NCBI GenBank assembly: GCA_003971905.1
Contig: RSEE01000050.1
Coordinates: 186,001 to 250,000, forward strand
Source of the DNA: Moniliella sp. 'wahieum'
Lineage: Eukaryota
DNA length: 64,000 nucleotides
Direction: 5' to 3'
This document shows, in pieces, positions 11,600-24,475 of the stretch; the stretch's first letter is position 1, and every line of letters starts with the position of its first letter. A program made the translations under genes and the position numbers. The notes under the pieces are model-generated. The model was not told the origin of the DNA. It did not search any database and saw nothing but the letters and a program-made list of their open reading frames with translations.

Positions 11600-13450
11600 A
11601 TGACGTGTGGCACCGACGAGCTGGACGTGTCCAACGCCAAGCACGCCGCCAAGTCGGCCGCCCAGCGGGCAGGCATGGCGCAGGGCAAGTGTTCTCGCTG
11701 CAGGGCCGCTCGGGCCTGCCGTCCGTGCTGCGGATCCGGGAAGAACGGTTTTGTGCGCCGTGCGTCGGGGCGCATCTGCGCAACCGCGCGTCCCGTGGGG
11801 TGGGCAGTATGGGCGCGGCGCGAGGCGCGGCCCTGGCCACGGGAAACAAGTCTGTGCTCCTTTCTCATTCGGGTCGGGCGGGCGGAGCGAGCCTGCTGCG
11901 TTTGACAGCGGACTTTTTCCATGTGGACCCCTTGGCCGTGCCCCCGTTGGCGGGAGAGACGCAGCCTACGGTGGCTGGGCCTGTGCCTGCCCGCACCACG
12001 GCGGAGGCCGCCTCCCTTCCGCTCGCAGGAGCAGGAGGGGAGGAGGACGAAGATTTGTTTACGCCGGTGCGCAAGGAGAGGAAAGTGCAGCGACGGGGTC
12101 CGCCGCGCGAAGTGGATCGGGTGGATGTGGTGCACGTGGATTGCTCTGCGCTCTTGCGCGGCGGGTGGGACCAAGTCCAAGCGCGTCGGGAGGAACGGAG
12201 GCGGGTGCTGCACGAGGCCGTCGAGGCGCAAAATACGTTGGTCGCCGAGCGGGCCGAGCGGCCGTACCGTCTGCTGATGGTGGGGATCGAAGATGTGTTT
12301 GCGCCGGACCGGGCGCTGGCAGCGCTGGTGCAGCAGGGCGAGGTAGCGCCCCTGTTCGAGGCGTGGGAAGGGGAAGTGGATGCCGCTCCGCCTTCGACGT
12401 CCGATCAGGACGGGGGCGCGGAAACGCGGCTAAGCGCGATCCGCGCCTTGTTTGGCCAAGTGCTGGGATCGAGCAAGGCGGACAAGAGTGCGCTGTCGCG
12501 TGCGGAAGGACTGCATCAGATCCTCGTCGATACACTGCTGCGTCGGATAGCCGGCATGGGGGGCTATGCGGCGCTGTTGTACGGCACGTCGGCCACCCGG
12601 ACAGCAGTCAGCTTTCTCTCTGGTCTGGCCGAAGGCAGGGGCGCCAGTCTGTCCGTGTCGCATGCGCAAAAAGTGTGGTTCCGCTCGCCTCAGTCGGAAC
12701 CTGTCTTGCTTCTCCGCCCGCTCGCCGAGACAGCGGCAAAGGAAACGGCGTACTTTGTCCGTCAGTTCCACCTTCCTACTCTCCTTCCTATGGAGATGGA
12801 TATCGCTTTCCTTGCGCGGGCCTGGGACGAGCGCCCAGCTCGATTGGCAGGTTGACCGGCAGCTTCGTCCAGGCCCTCGAAAGAGGCGTCAGTAGTACTT
12901 CCTCCACTGTGGGCGGCATCACTGGCAAGATCGCGCTTCCCTTGAGGAAGACTTTCACCTGGCCCACCAACCTAGCTTGCACGGCTCGCTGCAGCACAAG
13001 TTTCTCGCCGAAGCGCTCGAGGCGCCCACGTGGGGTACATCGGCACTGTGCTGTGCGCTCTGCCTTCTCCCCCGCGGCCCAGAGGGGGCGCGCTCGTGGC
13101 GCGATCGCACCGCTCTCACTTCTCTCCATCCCGCACCGGCGCCCCAAGAGCAAGGCGAAGATCGACTGAGCTCCCATTTGTGTTTTGGCTGCACCATCCT
13201 CCTCCCTGCCAACAAGGTACCACTTCCGTCGCATGTGGGCACCATCTTGTCCCTGGCTCCCACGCCCGTGGACCAAGGGTGTGCAAGTGAGTGTGGAGCA
13301 TGTGGGTGTGAATCGCAAGGCACGGGCTGTGCCACGCGTTCAGCCAACCCCACCGCCGGCGCCGACAAGCAGCACGCTCGCCCACCGATGCGGAAAGTGG
13401 GGCGGGAGGAGATTAAGGCCCAACTGGACGGATTCCTACTGGAAGAGTAG
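11600..13450 (+). CDS. NCS2: Cytoplasmic tRNA 2-thiolation protein 2 (Ctu2/Ncs2)
   Basis: N-terminal CSRC, LLYGTSATRTAVSFLSGLAEGRGASL, LLRPLAE..KE, SIGRLTGSFVQALE..SSTSSTVG, C-terminal CALC and LCFGC, ending FLLEE*. Several frameshifts. Confidence 0.85.
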
Positions 13451-13830
13451 GAGATGCGAACCTGGATTGCATGCTACTACCGTAGCCGATGTCGCGGCGC
13501 GGAAGAAGAACCAGAGCCTGTCTGTTATGTACCACACTACCACCCGAGTCAATGTAGCTCTTTTTTCTCGCGTCCTTGGCTGCTCGGGGACATGCCACCT
13601 AGCCTTCTATCTATGCACCTGAGTAGCATGCCGATCCAAAGTTGAGTGAATACACAGTAGCCAGGAACCCACGAAAGCGGCAGGCGAGGCTCGCGGACAA
13701 GGGCGGGGAGGAGGGGGGGGGGAGGGGTGAAAGAACAAGAAAGTGAAGGAGAAGAGTCCAGTGGCGTTAATCTAGGCAGTCGAGAGAGATCCTTGGCGAT
13801 CATCCGATCCAACGCGTAGAGCATAGCGAG

Positions 13831-15593
13831 TCATTTGACAGCCAGGCAAAGCAGCAAGGGGCCAGCCAACCAACGCTTTACCGGCGCTGTCGGAGAAGGG
13901 GCTGACGACGGCGACGCGGGCCCTTGGCAGCGCCTTGTTGAGCGCGAATCCGGCGCGCCAGACGGAACCCAGATCGGGCCGAGTCGAGAAGATCTTTGCA
14001 CACGTGCTGCACATGTTCCAGCTGGAGCACGCCTTTGCACACGCCATACGCTTCCGGATGCCGTCGGACCAACTCCAAGCCATGCTCCACCATCTTATCC
14101 ATCAAGCCGGCGTTGGAAGAGTAAAAATTGCGCGAGGAAAAGTCGAGGTTGAACACCTGGCGCCGCTCCAGCGTCGGATCTTTGCTCCCTTTCGGCACCA
14201 CCTTCTCCACCCACCCTAACGGCTTGCATTCCCGCAACTGGCGGAACTCGCGCACACCCAGGTAATGGTACAGGTGCACGCGGAGGTCCAGCAACAGCTT
14301 CCGGTTACGGAATCGCTTGTCCGACTCGGGAATGAAGGTCATCAAGCCGTCTTGTTGAGCAAGCCGGGGGCAGGAGGATCGAGAGTGACAGCGGATGGTT
14401 CGGTAGCTAAGGTGGTGACAGGGGCAGAGGAACGAGGCGCCAACGCAGCGAGCGCAGCCATCTGGTTCGCATCGCGATGAGGGGTGGCGCCGGGGTGGCA
14501 ATGGATGCGGAATACAGGCGCTGGGGGCGAGCGAGAGGAAGGAAGTGGGTGGCATCGCTGGTATCCCTTGCGGCGCAGAGATGGGCTGCGCCGCTTGCAC
14601 AGAAGCAAAGGGCGACACCACCCCATTGTAGCCTTCCACCAGGGCAGAGGCGGGGACGGTGGGCATGCTTCCAGTTGATCGCGGAACTGACCACATGCTA
14701 TCTCCCGCCGTGGGGGAAAGTGCAGGAGGAACGGGCCACGTCGGGGCCATGGCCGCCGTCGTTGCGTTCGGCGCCATGGGACTCACGGAGGCATTTGGTG
14801 AAGGGCCCGTCACGGACAGACTGGGCACAGCGGAAGTGGGCCGGAGGATGATGTTGTTACTCCTTGGCTCTTGTGGGGGCAGATTGTGGGGTGAGGGACG
14901 GGCTTGGACGGTCATCCAGGGCAAGGAAAGGGCGTTCGAGTCGGAGAAGGAGCGAGGCCCGAGAGTCAAGTCGGAGGGGTCGAAGCTTGGGATAAAATTC
15001 ATGTCGAGCGCACCAGGGCCCTGGCCTGTTGGGCGCACAGGCGGTTCGCATACCTGCTTGGGTGACAGCTCTGGTTCCTCGAGAGAAGGTGGAAGCATCT
15101 GGAGCGTGGACTGCTTGAGCTGTTGCAGCTGACGGTTGTTGGAGCGGAGAGCGACAGAGATGGTGTGGACGCGTTGGTTGAGCAACATGTTGGGGTCGGC
15201 CGGTTTGAAGGACAGCGCTTCTTCTGGGGGCATGCCGGACGCAGGCGGGGCGACAGCAGTGGCCGACTGGACGGCGTGGGTGAGGTCCTCGACATAGCCC
15301 AGCGTCTGCTCGGCGAGGGTGAGGGCGTGGGTCTGCAGAGCGGTGTTGAGGAATGGGTCGGGGGCAGGGTCAAGGAGGCTGGCATGGACTGTGGCGCTGG
15401 GATCGGAGCTGCTGGGCAGGGAGAGAGGGCGGGGGAGGCGCCAGGGTCTCGGGGGAGGAGAGGGTGTGGGGCCGGCGGGGAGGTGTGGGACGAGTGCTGG
15501 AGCAGCAAGGGCGGCGGCGACGAGGCGGAGCGGACGGGCATCTCGGTGAGCATGGCGAACGAGGGCGAGGGCGAGGGCATCGACAGGGGACAT
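13831..15593 (-). CDS. Hypothetical protein: N-terminal helical/coiled-coil region, P/S-rich linker, C-terminal globular domain
   Basis: Long ORF 13878-15731. Likely start MSPVDALALAL at 15593. Coiled coil RVHTISVALRSNNRQLQQLKQ and a compact ~140-aa C-terminal domain. Confidence 0.65.
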
Positions 15594-18304
15594 GCCAGCG
15601 GGCGAGGGAGCGAGGGGTGGTGGAGGCAGGATGCGGCTGGCGGCAGAGGCGCCTCTCTGGCTCGCCTGCTTGTTCGCACCGCAGCCAACAGCGGGGCCCT
15701 GCGGCCTGGTGCCGCCGTCACGCGTCATCACGCCTCAGCGCCTCGGCAGCTTCGGCCGAGGCTGGTGTGGTGCAGGGCACCGGTCAGGCTCACCTGCCGC
15801 CGCTGCCCCGCGCACCCTGCCCCCGGCCCTTGCGCCTCAGACGGCGTACCCGGTCCTCACCGTCACCCCCAGATTGGCGGGGAGTACAGAGTGCGCATGG
15901 CGCGCCTGTCGGTGCGGGGCAGATACGGCGGCACTAGTGACGTGTGACGTGCGAGTGACTAGCGTGACTAGTGTCTTTTCTCCGGGTCACCGGTTTGGCA
16001 GAGAGGGGGCTACCGGCTACGGGGGCGCTGGACGCACACCCGCGACGGACTTGGGTGGCGCACAAGGGCCTGCCTGGCCTGGGGAGTGAATGACAAACGC
16101 ACTCAAGGCGGCACCGCGTGCGCGGGAACTCAGTACTCACACCCCAGATCTCACGCGAGTGCGCCAACCGAGGCCAGAGTACGCAGTGCTTCCCATCGAC
16201 CACCCCAAAGGACGACCACCGGTCACCGATCCATGCCCACTGTTGCTGGTCGCATGAATGGATGAGCATGACGGGTGACGGGTGACGCATCGGGTGACGC
16301 ATCCTGGCTGCGTCATCTGTGTCACATGTGACACAGGCTCCCCTTTCCCCAGGCGGAGGGGCGCACGGGGGGGGGTGGTGGATGTGGGGTCGGGGTGGCG
16401 GGTGTGGCGGGGCAGCGCGCAGCCGCAGCCATTCGCCCGCCGCCTTTGTGCCGCCGGCGCTCGCGAGGGGAAGGGCGCCCACTGCCTCGCACCCTGGCTC
16501 CGCGCCAGGCCAGTGGCTGGTGACCGGTGAGGTTGGGCACTCGTGGCGCATGATGCATGGTGCATGATGCATGATGCATGATGCATGATGCGATCGATGA
16601 GCCTCAGTACACCGATGCGAGGCGCGCACAGGAGTACAGGAGCACGCAAGGCGGTGCACAGCAGATGGTTGCCGGCCCCCGCACCCTTGCCACCCGCCTC
16701 AGGGCCCCAGCCTTCCTCCCGGTATGCCGTAGGCATGCCTTTGCATGGTACGCGCCAGGCGCCCACACCCTCATCCGACCCAGACACGCCCAGTCAACGT
16801 AAGCTCAGCGCTCACCGGCACCAGCGGTATACGCTCACTCCTCGTACGCAAGACTCGGTGTACTCTTCAGCAACTCAGTACTCACAGTATATACTGAACT
16901 CAGAAGTGCACAGGACTAAACCGCTCAACGTTCGACGTACTGAAAACGTTGAATTCGTCAACGTTGTTCATCGATCTCATCAGATCTCAGATTCAGATTC
17001 AGATTCGATTATGCACGTTGCGAGTACATCGAGAACTTTTCAACGCCCAAACGCGTCGTCAACGTGTCAACGGTGAGCTCAACTCGAGCGCTGCGCGCAT
17101 GCGCTTCATTCATCGAGATCTCATCTCGGTACTCTATCAGGCGCTGCGCTGTTTAAGGGTGCCCAACGCGTTTTAGGCGTTGATTTAGTTGGTATTGAAC
17201 ACGCCGGGCGGTGGTCAGCCACTGCCCACTCGCATGCCACATCAGAGAAGTCACTAAGGAGTCACTACTAGTCACTGTAGTCACAGTGGTTCAATAATAG
17301 TAACACACAGAACACTGGCAGTATAATCCTCTGTAGCATGTAGACCTTCATATCAATGGCCTAACCTACCCCTCCCACCTACTAATACGCCCCTCTCTTC
17401 ATTCACCCAGAAGTTCTTTCTTGCCACCACAGTTCGCACTTGCTGGATGCGGTGCTGGGCGCAATGATTACTGATGCATGATGCCTGATGACTGATGGTA
17501 AACGCCTTAAGGTTGAAGATTCAAGCTCGAAGATGAATATGGCAAGGGGCTCCAGGACCCCCCCAGAGTAGTATATACCGTTGCGGCTCCTCTCTGCACC
17601 ACAGTACTACAACCAGGGCATTTCCCAACTCCTATTATCTTCTGACATTCTCACTGTGGGAATACAGTCGTCGCTTCGCTGATCGAGTTGATCAAAATAT
17701 GAAACTGGGTGGATCATGAACTGAGTCCTCTCCATCTCCAAGCTCCACAAAGATTCCCAGCTGCAGTTAGGGTCAAACATCTTGTGCCGTCTGCCCTCGC
17801 TTCCCTTGAACCCTCACGACGGGGCCCGCCTCCATCCTTGCTGCATCATGTACACGCAGTCTCTGCCTTCGCATCAACCCCAACCCAAAGCAGATTTCCT
17901 CGGCTTTCTACCAGCAAACACCAGAAAAAATGCAGCAGCGGGGTGAGATCAAAAACGGTTAATAAGGGGTCCCGACGAGGGTCGGGGGTCTCAGTGATGA
18001 AGTCAAATGCAATGTGGTGGCAGTGCAGGGCGGCTACACACTGCGCGTTCATACATGAGCAGTAGGGTGTGGTATCTTGTCCAGCTACGTGGCACGTGTG
18101 TCCTTCGTCCTTCAGGAATTACTACAAACGCCAACCATCCCTCGCTCCGCGCCATCGTTCCCTTCCTTGGCTGGAAAGGAATCAAGCCAGAGGCTAACAT
18201 GTGGACACATGCGCATCTCATGATCAGCATCATATCATCAGTGCATACATAAAAATGGACACTCAAAAAAAGAGTGCCAGCCGATCCAACTGAAGAAAGG
18301 CCAG

Positions 18305-20271
18305 CTACGAAGAAGCGAATGTGTGCGAGCCCGGTGGGGGTCCGTCTTGAGGGGGTCGTACAGTTCCAGCCCTTTGCCTTGGCGATGCCTCCTCCGCTGC
18401 TCATCTGTCGCCTCAAACACGGTCCAGAAACGCAGTTCGTTCCCGCCCGTATCGACGGAAGCTAGTTTCTGTCCATCGGGGGAGAGAACAGAACGAGGAT
18501 GCGACCTTCGTGCGCCGATCTGATCGACGATGAAGCACTTGCCCGAAGGGTAGGACCAGAGGTTGATGCACCCGCTTGGCGAGCCGTCGGAGGAACCGTG
18601 GGTGGTGAGCAGTTCTCGGTGGTACCACGACCAATGAATCGAGGAAATCTGTGCTTCGGTTGTCCACGACATGAGACGTGCATCGGTCTCCACGTTCCAA
18701 ATATTGACAGCACGACACGCCGAACCTCCTCCGGTGGCAAGAATGTTGTTGTTGAAGGGCGACCAGGACATGGCCTGATGGACAAGCAGAGCAGAAGCGT
18801 CAATACCCCAACACGGAGTGGCAAGAAGGGAGGAAGACATACCTTAACGGCTGATTTGTGCTCGGTGCGGGTCATGAGGGGCTCCGTACTGTTCCGATCG
18901 TACACCTTGACAATGTTATCGTTTCCCCCCGTGGCCAACAGTCCTCCATCGTCCCGCCACAGCAGACCACAGGTATGGCCGGCATGTGCATTGATCGACC
19001 GGATGGTGCTATCAGCGGCGCGAATGTCGTGGTCCACCACCAGGCCTGAAGCGTAGCCCAGTGTCAACGTTGTCGCATCCGCCCATCCCAACGTGCATAT
19101 TGCTGACACGGTGGCCCCACCCTCTGGATTGGGCTTGATGGTCCGCACCCGCCTTCGCTCCACCGTATCCCACACTTGAGCATATCCACCTTCGGTACCG
19201 ACCACGAGGAACGTCCCATCCGGGTGCCATTTGAGAGAGGAAATCAAGCAGGTGTACCCGCCACCCACCCTCTCCGACTCTTCAGCAAGATCCACCAGCT
19301 CATACACCTGCGCCTCTTCGCAGTCCCAAATGAATGCCCTTCCCTGCAGTGCAATGGCCACTTGGTTTGTCACGGACCAGTCCATCAAGTTGTAGTAAAA
19401 GTCATCACAGATGTCCGCCGCATCCAAGACCTTTTCGGGCTTGTTGGAAATGGGACGACGAGCATGAAGGTTGTTGGTAGCTGCGCTCAAAAGTCGTCTT
19501 TGCCTGACTGATGCCACAGAGGAGGAACCTGCGTTCGCCCCAGGCGGCCGTGGGGCAAAGGACAAGACTTGGGGCGTAAACTCAATCCCCAATGCTGCTG
19601 CACTCCGGGCCGCCGAGTTGAGCGCCTGCTGTTCTTCCAGATCAGTCATGGAACCCGTAGGGAGGAGATGGGCATCTTTGATCGCATCAGCTTGCTGAAG
19701 GAGGGAAGAGGTGTCCTCTCCTTCGCTGGGCGCTCTGGACTTGGTTGAATGCTCTTTGCTGAAGCTGGAGAGCGACTCGCCTGCCCCGCCCCATTGAGGT
19801 GGTGCCTTCAATACGCCGCTCAAGTTTCGTTGGGCCAGGAAACGGTCCTATGTTTCCAAGTTAACCTCGGGTTCCAAACAAAAACGGGAAAATGGGACGA
19901 CATACAGCAAGGATCGTTTCGGTTTTGCTCCCCGACTCGTATTCGGTCCAATCGCGCGTGATCTTGCCCAACCCAGGAGCCGAGGGCAGCAAGTCGTCGT
20001 ACGCCCCTGGACCAAGAGAAGGCAGGGAACGCTTGTGGTGCAACTTGGACCCGGATGCAACAGAGAAAGGGTTTGGGGAGCGCTTGGACCGGCTGCCCAA
20101 AGAGATGGTGGCCAAGTTGGAGGTGAGGGCATTGATGCCACCAGCGCTCGCGCGGCCGCCGCTGCGTAGCTCTGAGGCAAATAGATTCTTGCCCATGGCG
20201 AGGGACGAGTCCAGCCGCGAGGACTCGTCCGGGCGGAAGATGTTGCCAGAGAAGGGTGAGTCCGTGAGCAT
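18305..20271 (-). CDS. CDC20: Cdc20/Fizzy-family APC/C activator (WD40)
   Basis: KPEKVLDAADICDDFYYNLMDWS, HAGHTCGLLW, LATGGNDN, HKSAVK, LATGGGSACR and VLSPDG. C-box-like DRFLAQR follows an intron at ~19849-19906. Confidence 0.9.
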
Positions 20272-21579
20272 GCGTCGTGGTGGCAGAAGACAGCGCCTGG
20301 GATCAGGCTAAGTGGTGCCCAAGTTGGACGCTGGCAAGAGCCGAGCCAAGAGCCAAGCACCATGTAGAATCTACTGCCCTGCCTTATGTACGCAACGGCT
20401 GTTGCAATTTCAAGTTTGTGTCCAACTTGCAATGTGGTTGTCAGGCAATCCGCCCATCACATTTCAAATTGCAAAGGCCCCGCTGTAAGCTTCCCCTGCT
20501 CTTCACTCTGGTTTGGCACCGCCATGGTGTCCTCAACACCTCTTCTACTCTTCTGCCCGCTGCTAGTCCAATTGTTCCATGGTTGCGGCACGTGTCGGCT
20601 TGGTCGACAACAGAGTTGCTGTCAACGTTGTCACAGCAGGCTTAACTGTTATGGCCCCGCAGCCATTACTGTGTAAGCCAGCAAAACCAGTCCTTTTGTA
20701 TACGGGTACGCTCGGACCCATGACAGACGTCTCGCTCCTATAATTGGGAGAACTAGTGGTAAATGCTAAACCTGCAGTACGCTACTATACGCTCGATCCT
20801 TCTTCAAACACTTTACTTGGATACTATCCACCTAAAAGGAAGAGTCGCCCCTGCCCCTTCTCCTTTCCCCTCCAGCTGAGTACAGCACAGAAACCCCTCC
20901 CTCCGCCATCGGATTCATTATCTAACTTGCTTCCACCTGCACTGTAGTCATATTTCCCTACTTCACAGACTTCTCTCTTTCCCTGACCTTTACATGTGCT
21001 ACTACACTGCATACCCAAAGCTGGAATTTGCTTTTCTGTCCCTTTTCTGTACTTTCTTGGCCCGTTGTTTCCGAAGCTGCTGTGCTACATTGGCGGGGAG
21101 TGCATTAGGGGTGAATCGAGGTTGGGAAACCGGTCTATTACGGAAGATAGAAACTTAATGTGTATGCATGCTGGATACCGAACGATACGACGTGACAGCG
21201 CCTCTCTCTTTACTAGTCACTTTAGATTGGGACAGGTGAGAGGAGAGCGAGGGGCTACGCAGAAGATGGGACTCACCTTCCCCACCTACCACCACGACGC
21301 TCGAAGATGGATCATTTCATTTGCCCCATGCTTCTGAAACCTATCACCTCTGCGCCTGTTCTCGCGTATCACTCACCTCCAGGTTGTCAAGTGCAAAGAA
21401 TCCAGTCTTTCTCAGAACGCGATGGCAAGGAATAAATTGGGTGGCCAGGGGAGAACGTCTGGCAAGCCAGTGGGGCATGTTGACTTGAGTTGAGGGACGG
21501 TGGTGGAGGTGCAAGAAGGAAGAACGGAGCCGAAGGAAAGCAAAGAAAAGGGGTATGGCGGGGGGGGGGGGAGCAAGCG

Positions 21580-22931
21580 TTACAGCAGACTCAACTCCAA
21601 CGTCCAGATCCGGCGGGCCATACCCGCACCCGGCGTCCGCGTCCCTCCTTCCACAGCGCCAATTCGGCACGGGTCATGCCGGCAGTAGGAAAGGCTTCGG
21701 AACCAGGCACGGTCGTCGATCCCGTCCGCGCACCCGGACCCAACTCACTCTCCTCTTCCTCGACGGGGGGGACTTCGTCCTGGCTTGGTGGTAGGTCCGC
21801 TTTCTCCCCCTCGTTCACAGGCACAATCACATCCACCGTCCCACCAGCACTTGCGCGCGGGCTTCCTCCAGAACAGCAGCAGTTTCTGCGCAGTAGCCAG
21901 CTGGGTTTGATCTAGCCGACTTCATCGGGGCGGGGACATACTGTGCCTCTTCTCCTGCCGCTTGTCGCGAATCAATCGCAGCGATGGCCTCCGTTTCACC
22001 TGCATGGATCGTTCCTGTTTGAGCAGAACGAGAGCGATGGAGACCATGCTGCATCGGGCCGGCTCAAGAGCCCGGAACCCCCAGTCATCAGAGCGGTCAA
22101 AGCCACTTAGGGGTTATAAGGTTAGCGGTGCAGAGAGCATACAAGGAAACGGGGCAGAAACGCCACCTCATGCAGAGCATGTCAATCAGGTGCTGCTCAG
22201 CAACATTGTTTCCTGTTGACGTTGCGCTGCAGCGCGGTGAAAATGTGGCGGCGATTGAGAGCAGCGCTTGGCCAGCCTTCTCTTTGAGTTCGAGCAGCTT
22301 GTTGGTTGGTGCTCCGCTCACGAGATTGGTCGCTTCGTCATCTGGGTTGGGTTCGTAGGCGCTCGTCAAAGCGGCAAGCTCCTCAGGGGCAAACGGGCGG
22401 CTAAAGTCAATGGGGTGGAGGGGGGGCAGGTCGGTGCGCGGCGGACCTGAGGCGGGGCGGGGATGGCATAGTATTCCAGCTCTTCGCGCAGAACAATGAC
22501 AGCCTGGCGCGACAGAAGCGGGCTCTGGCCGTTGGGCGTATAGAAGGGGTTGAGGTACATGCGGCCCGGGGAGGCGGCATCGCCGTTGGGGCGGTAGCGT
22601 CCGCGCACGCCTTGCTCTTCGCTCCCGTAAAAGTCGTCCTGGGCAGACTTGAAGAAGCTGAGGACGTACGAGAGACAGGCCGGATCAAGTCCGAGTAGTA
22701 CACGCCTTCCTGCTCTTCTAGGTCAGCTTCGGCGTCGCCATCTTCCCCGTCGGTAGCGGGCGCAGGGAGGGGGAACAGCCCCTGGGGAAAGAGACAGAGC
22801 AGAATGTTCTCCGGTAGCTCGACCAACACATCACGGTCCAGCGTGAAAAGGGTGCCGCGCAGATCGAGGTGGATGGGGCGGGTGTTGGCCTGGGCCTGTT
22901 CCCACAGTGTCGCGGACACGGACGTCTCCAT
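21580..22931 (-). CDS. WHI2: Whi2 stress/growth regulator (BTB/POZ-like)
   Basis: IHLDLRGTLFTLDRDVLVELPENILLCLFPQG, QAVIVLREELEYY, NNVAEQHLIDMLC, KLLLFWRKPARKCWW and C-terminal RRIWTLELSLL*. Confidence 0.92.
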
Positions 22932-24475
22932 GGCGGTCGGGGGGTCGGGGGGTTGGGCGTTGGCGGGGACGAGTGAGCTGACGGTGATTCGCCGGGTGAT
23001 GTTGCGGTGATCGGAACGGGAGCAGGTGGGGCGATGGGGCGACGGGGCGGAGTGGGGTGGGGCGGGAGGGAGTGGGAGGGGAGGGGGTGGGATGGGGTGG
23101 ATGAGAAGCGGCGAGATCGGACGCGATGAGACAACAGGGGGCGAGCGGAGCGGGAGGAGCCCAGAGGGACGCAGGAGGGGATCGATAATGGGATGGAGGC
23201 CGGCTTAGCTAAGCCATGTTGCGCCCAAGCAAGAGGCTGCGCTGGCGCGTTGCTGATCGCCAGCATGCATAATGCATAAGCACCCGTCACCGGCTCACCG
23301 CTCCCCCAGCCCAGGCTCGGCCACGTGTCCAGCAGCGTGCGTGTGTGACGCGTGATAAGCACTTCACAGCCACTGGGCCACTAGCTCACTGGTTGGTCCG
23401 CCGTAGAATAAGCATGATGGATGCCACTGCGCCCTGCTGCCCGCCGCACGGGGCGCGTGCTCGCCAACCGCACTGCATCGCATGCCCCAAGGTTGGAGGC
23501 AGAACCTCGAGAGTCGTGACGCGAGACAACTTAGGCCATGTCCGGGCGGAGCGTCCCGCAGCTCACGACAGCGCATCAACCCAACGAATCCCCACTCCGA
23601 GGCAGCCACAGACGCAAGTACATGTCCGTTCAGACGTTTCAGGTGTTTCTCAACAGGCTCAACCAACCCATGCGCGCAATATGGAGAGCAAGAAGTGCCC
23701 CTGCTACTGAGTGTGGCGAGAATAGTCCGCCTCTGCCGTCAGCGCCCTCCCCTTTGGTTACTCGGCCGCGGCCCTCGCTCAAAGAAATCCAGTATAGCTG
23801 GGGCATCTTCCACTCGTCCAAGGAACGCTAGAATGTCCCTCATCTGAGATCTGACCCTGCCCATCCTCTTTTCGGCTTGGTCACCCACTCGCCCTCTTTT
23901 TGCTCTGTCTCCTTCCTAATAGTGAAGGTTCTTGTGTCAACTCGATCAGCTAGAGAATGCGAGGCAGCCTCCCGCCCCTGCTGCCGAATTACAGCCCCCC
24001 TCTGGATTTCGTTCTTCTGGGGTAGACCGAAGTGGACTTGGGGCAGACCTGGCGTGGAGCTTTTGAAGGTAAATGGTGTGCCTGATGGGGTCCAAAAGAA
24101 ATATTCATGACCCGCACGTCCCCTGTGCGCCGCCCTGCTCCACTCTGAGATGTGACTGGCCTAGTGCCGACCTACCACTCGCGCGCACAGGGCCAAAAGC
24201 GCAGCACTGGTCCAGTAGCTGGAGGCCTCCGCCCTGACACACAGAGCACCGCGCCGCTGTGCCGAACTAGCAACTGGCCTCCCCTGTCTTTCTCTCCGTG
24301 TGGCAAAGGCAAGGGCGCAGTCTTGTGTAGCCCACGCGCAAGCCGCCCAGGACCCACCTCTACGCCCCCAAACGGGCTTGCGTTGTTCTTGCCCACCACC
24401 TGCACCACCGCCTCGGCCCAGGTTCCCGCAATCACAGCTTAAGGTTCAATATCACCCCTGCACCCTTCCTTCGCC

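Noticed and set aside
13831..15593. Ste12 or mating-type locus gene
   Set aside because: No STE domain motifs, and no pheromone receptor, CAAX pheromone precursor or homeodomain genes were seen in the window.
16920..17105. Cloning-vector multiple cloning site contamination
   Set aside because: The sites are repeated and irregularly spaced, no lacZ/primer/vector flanks are visible, and the same motif style recurs in other intergenic regions.
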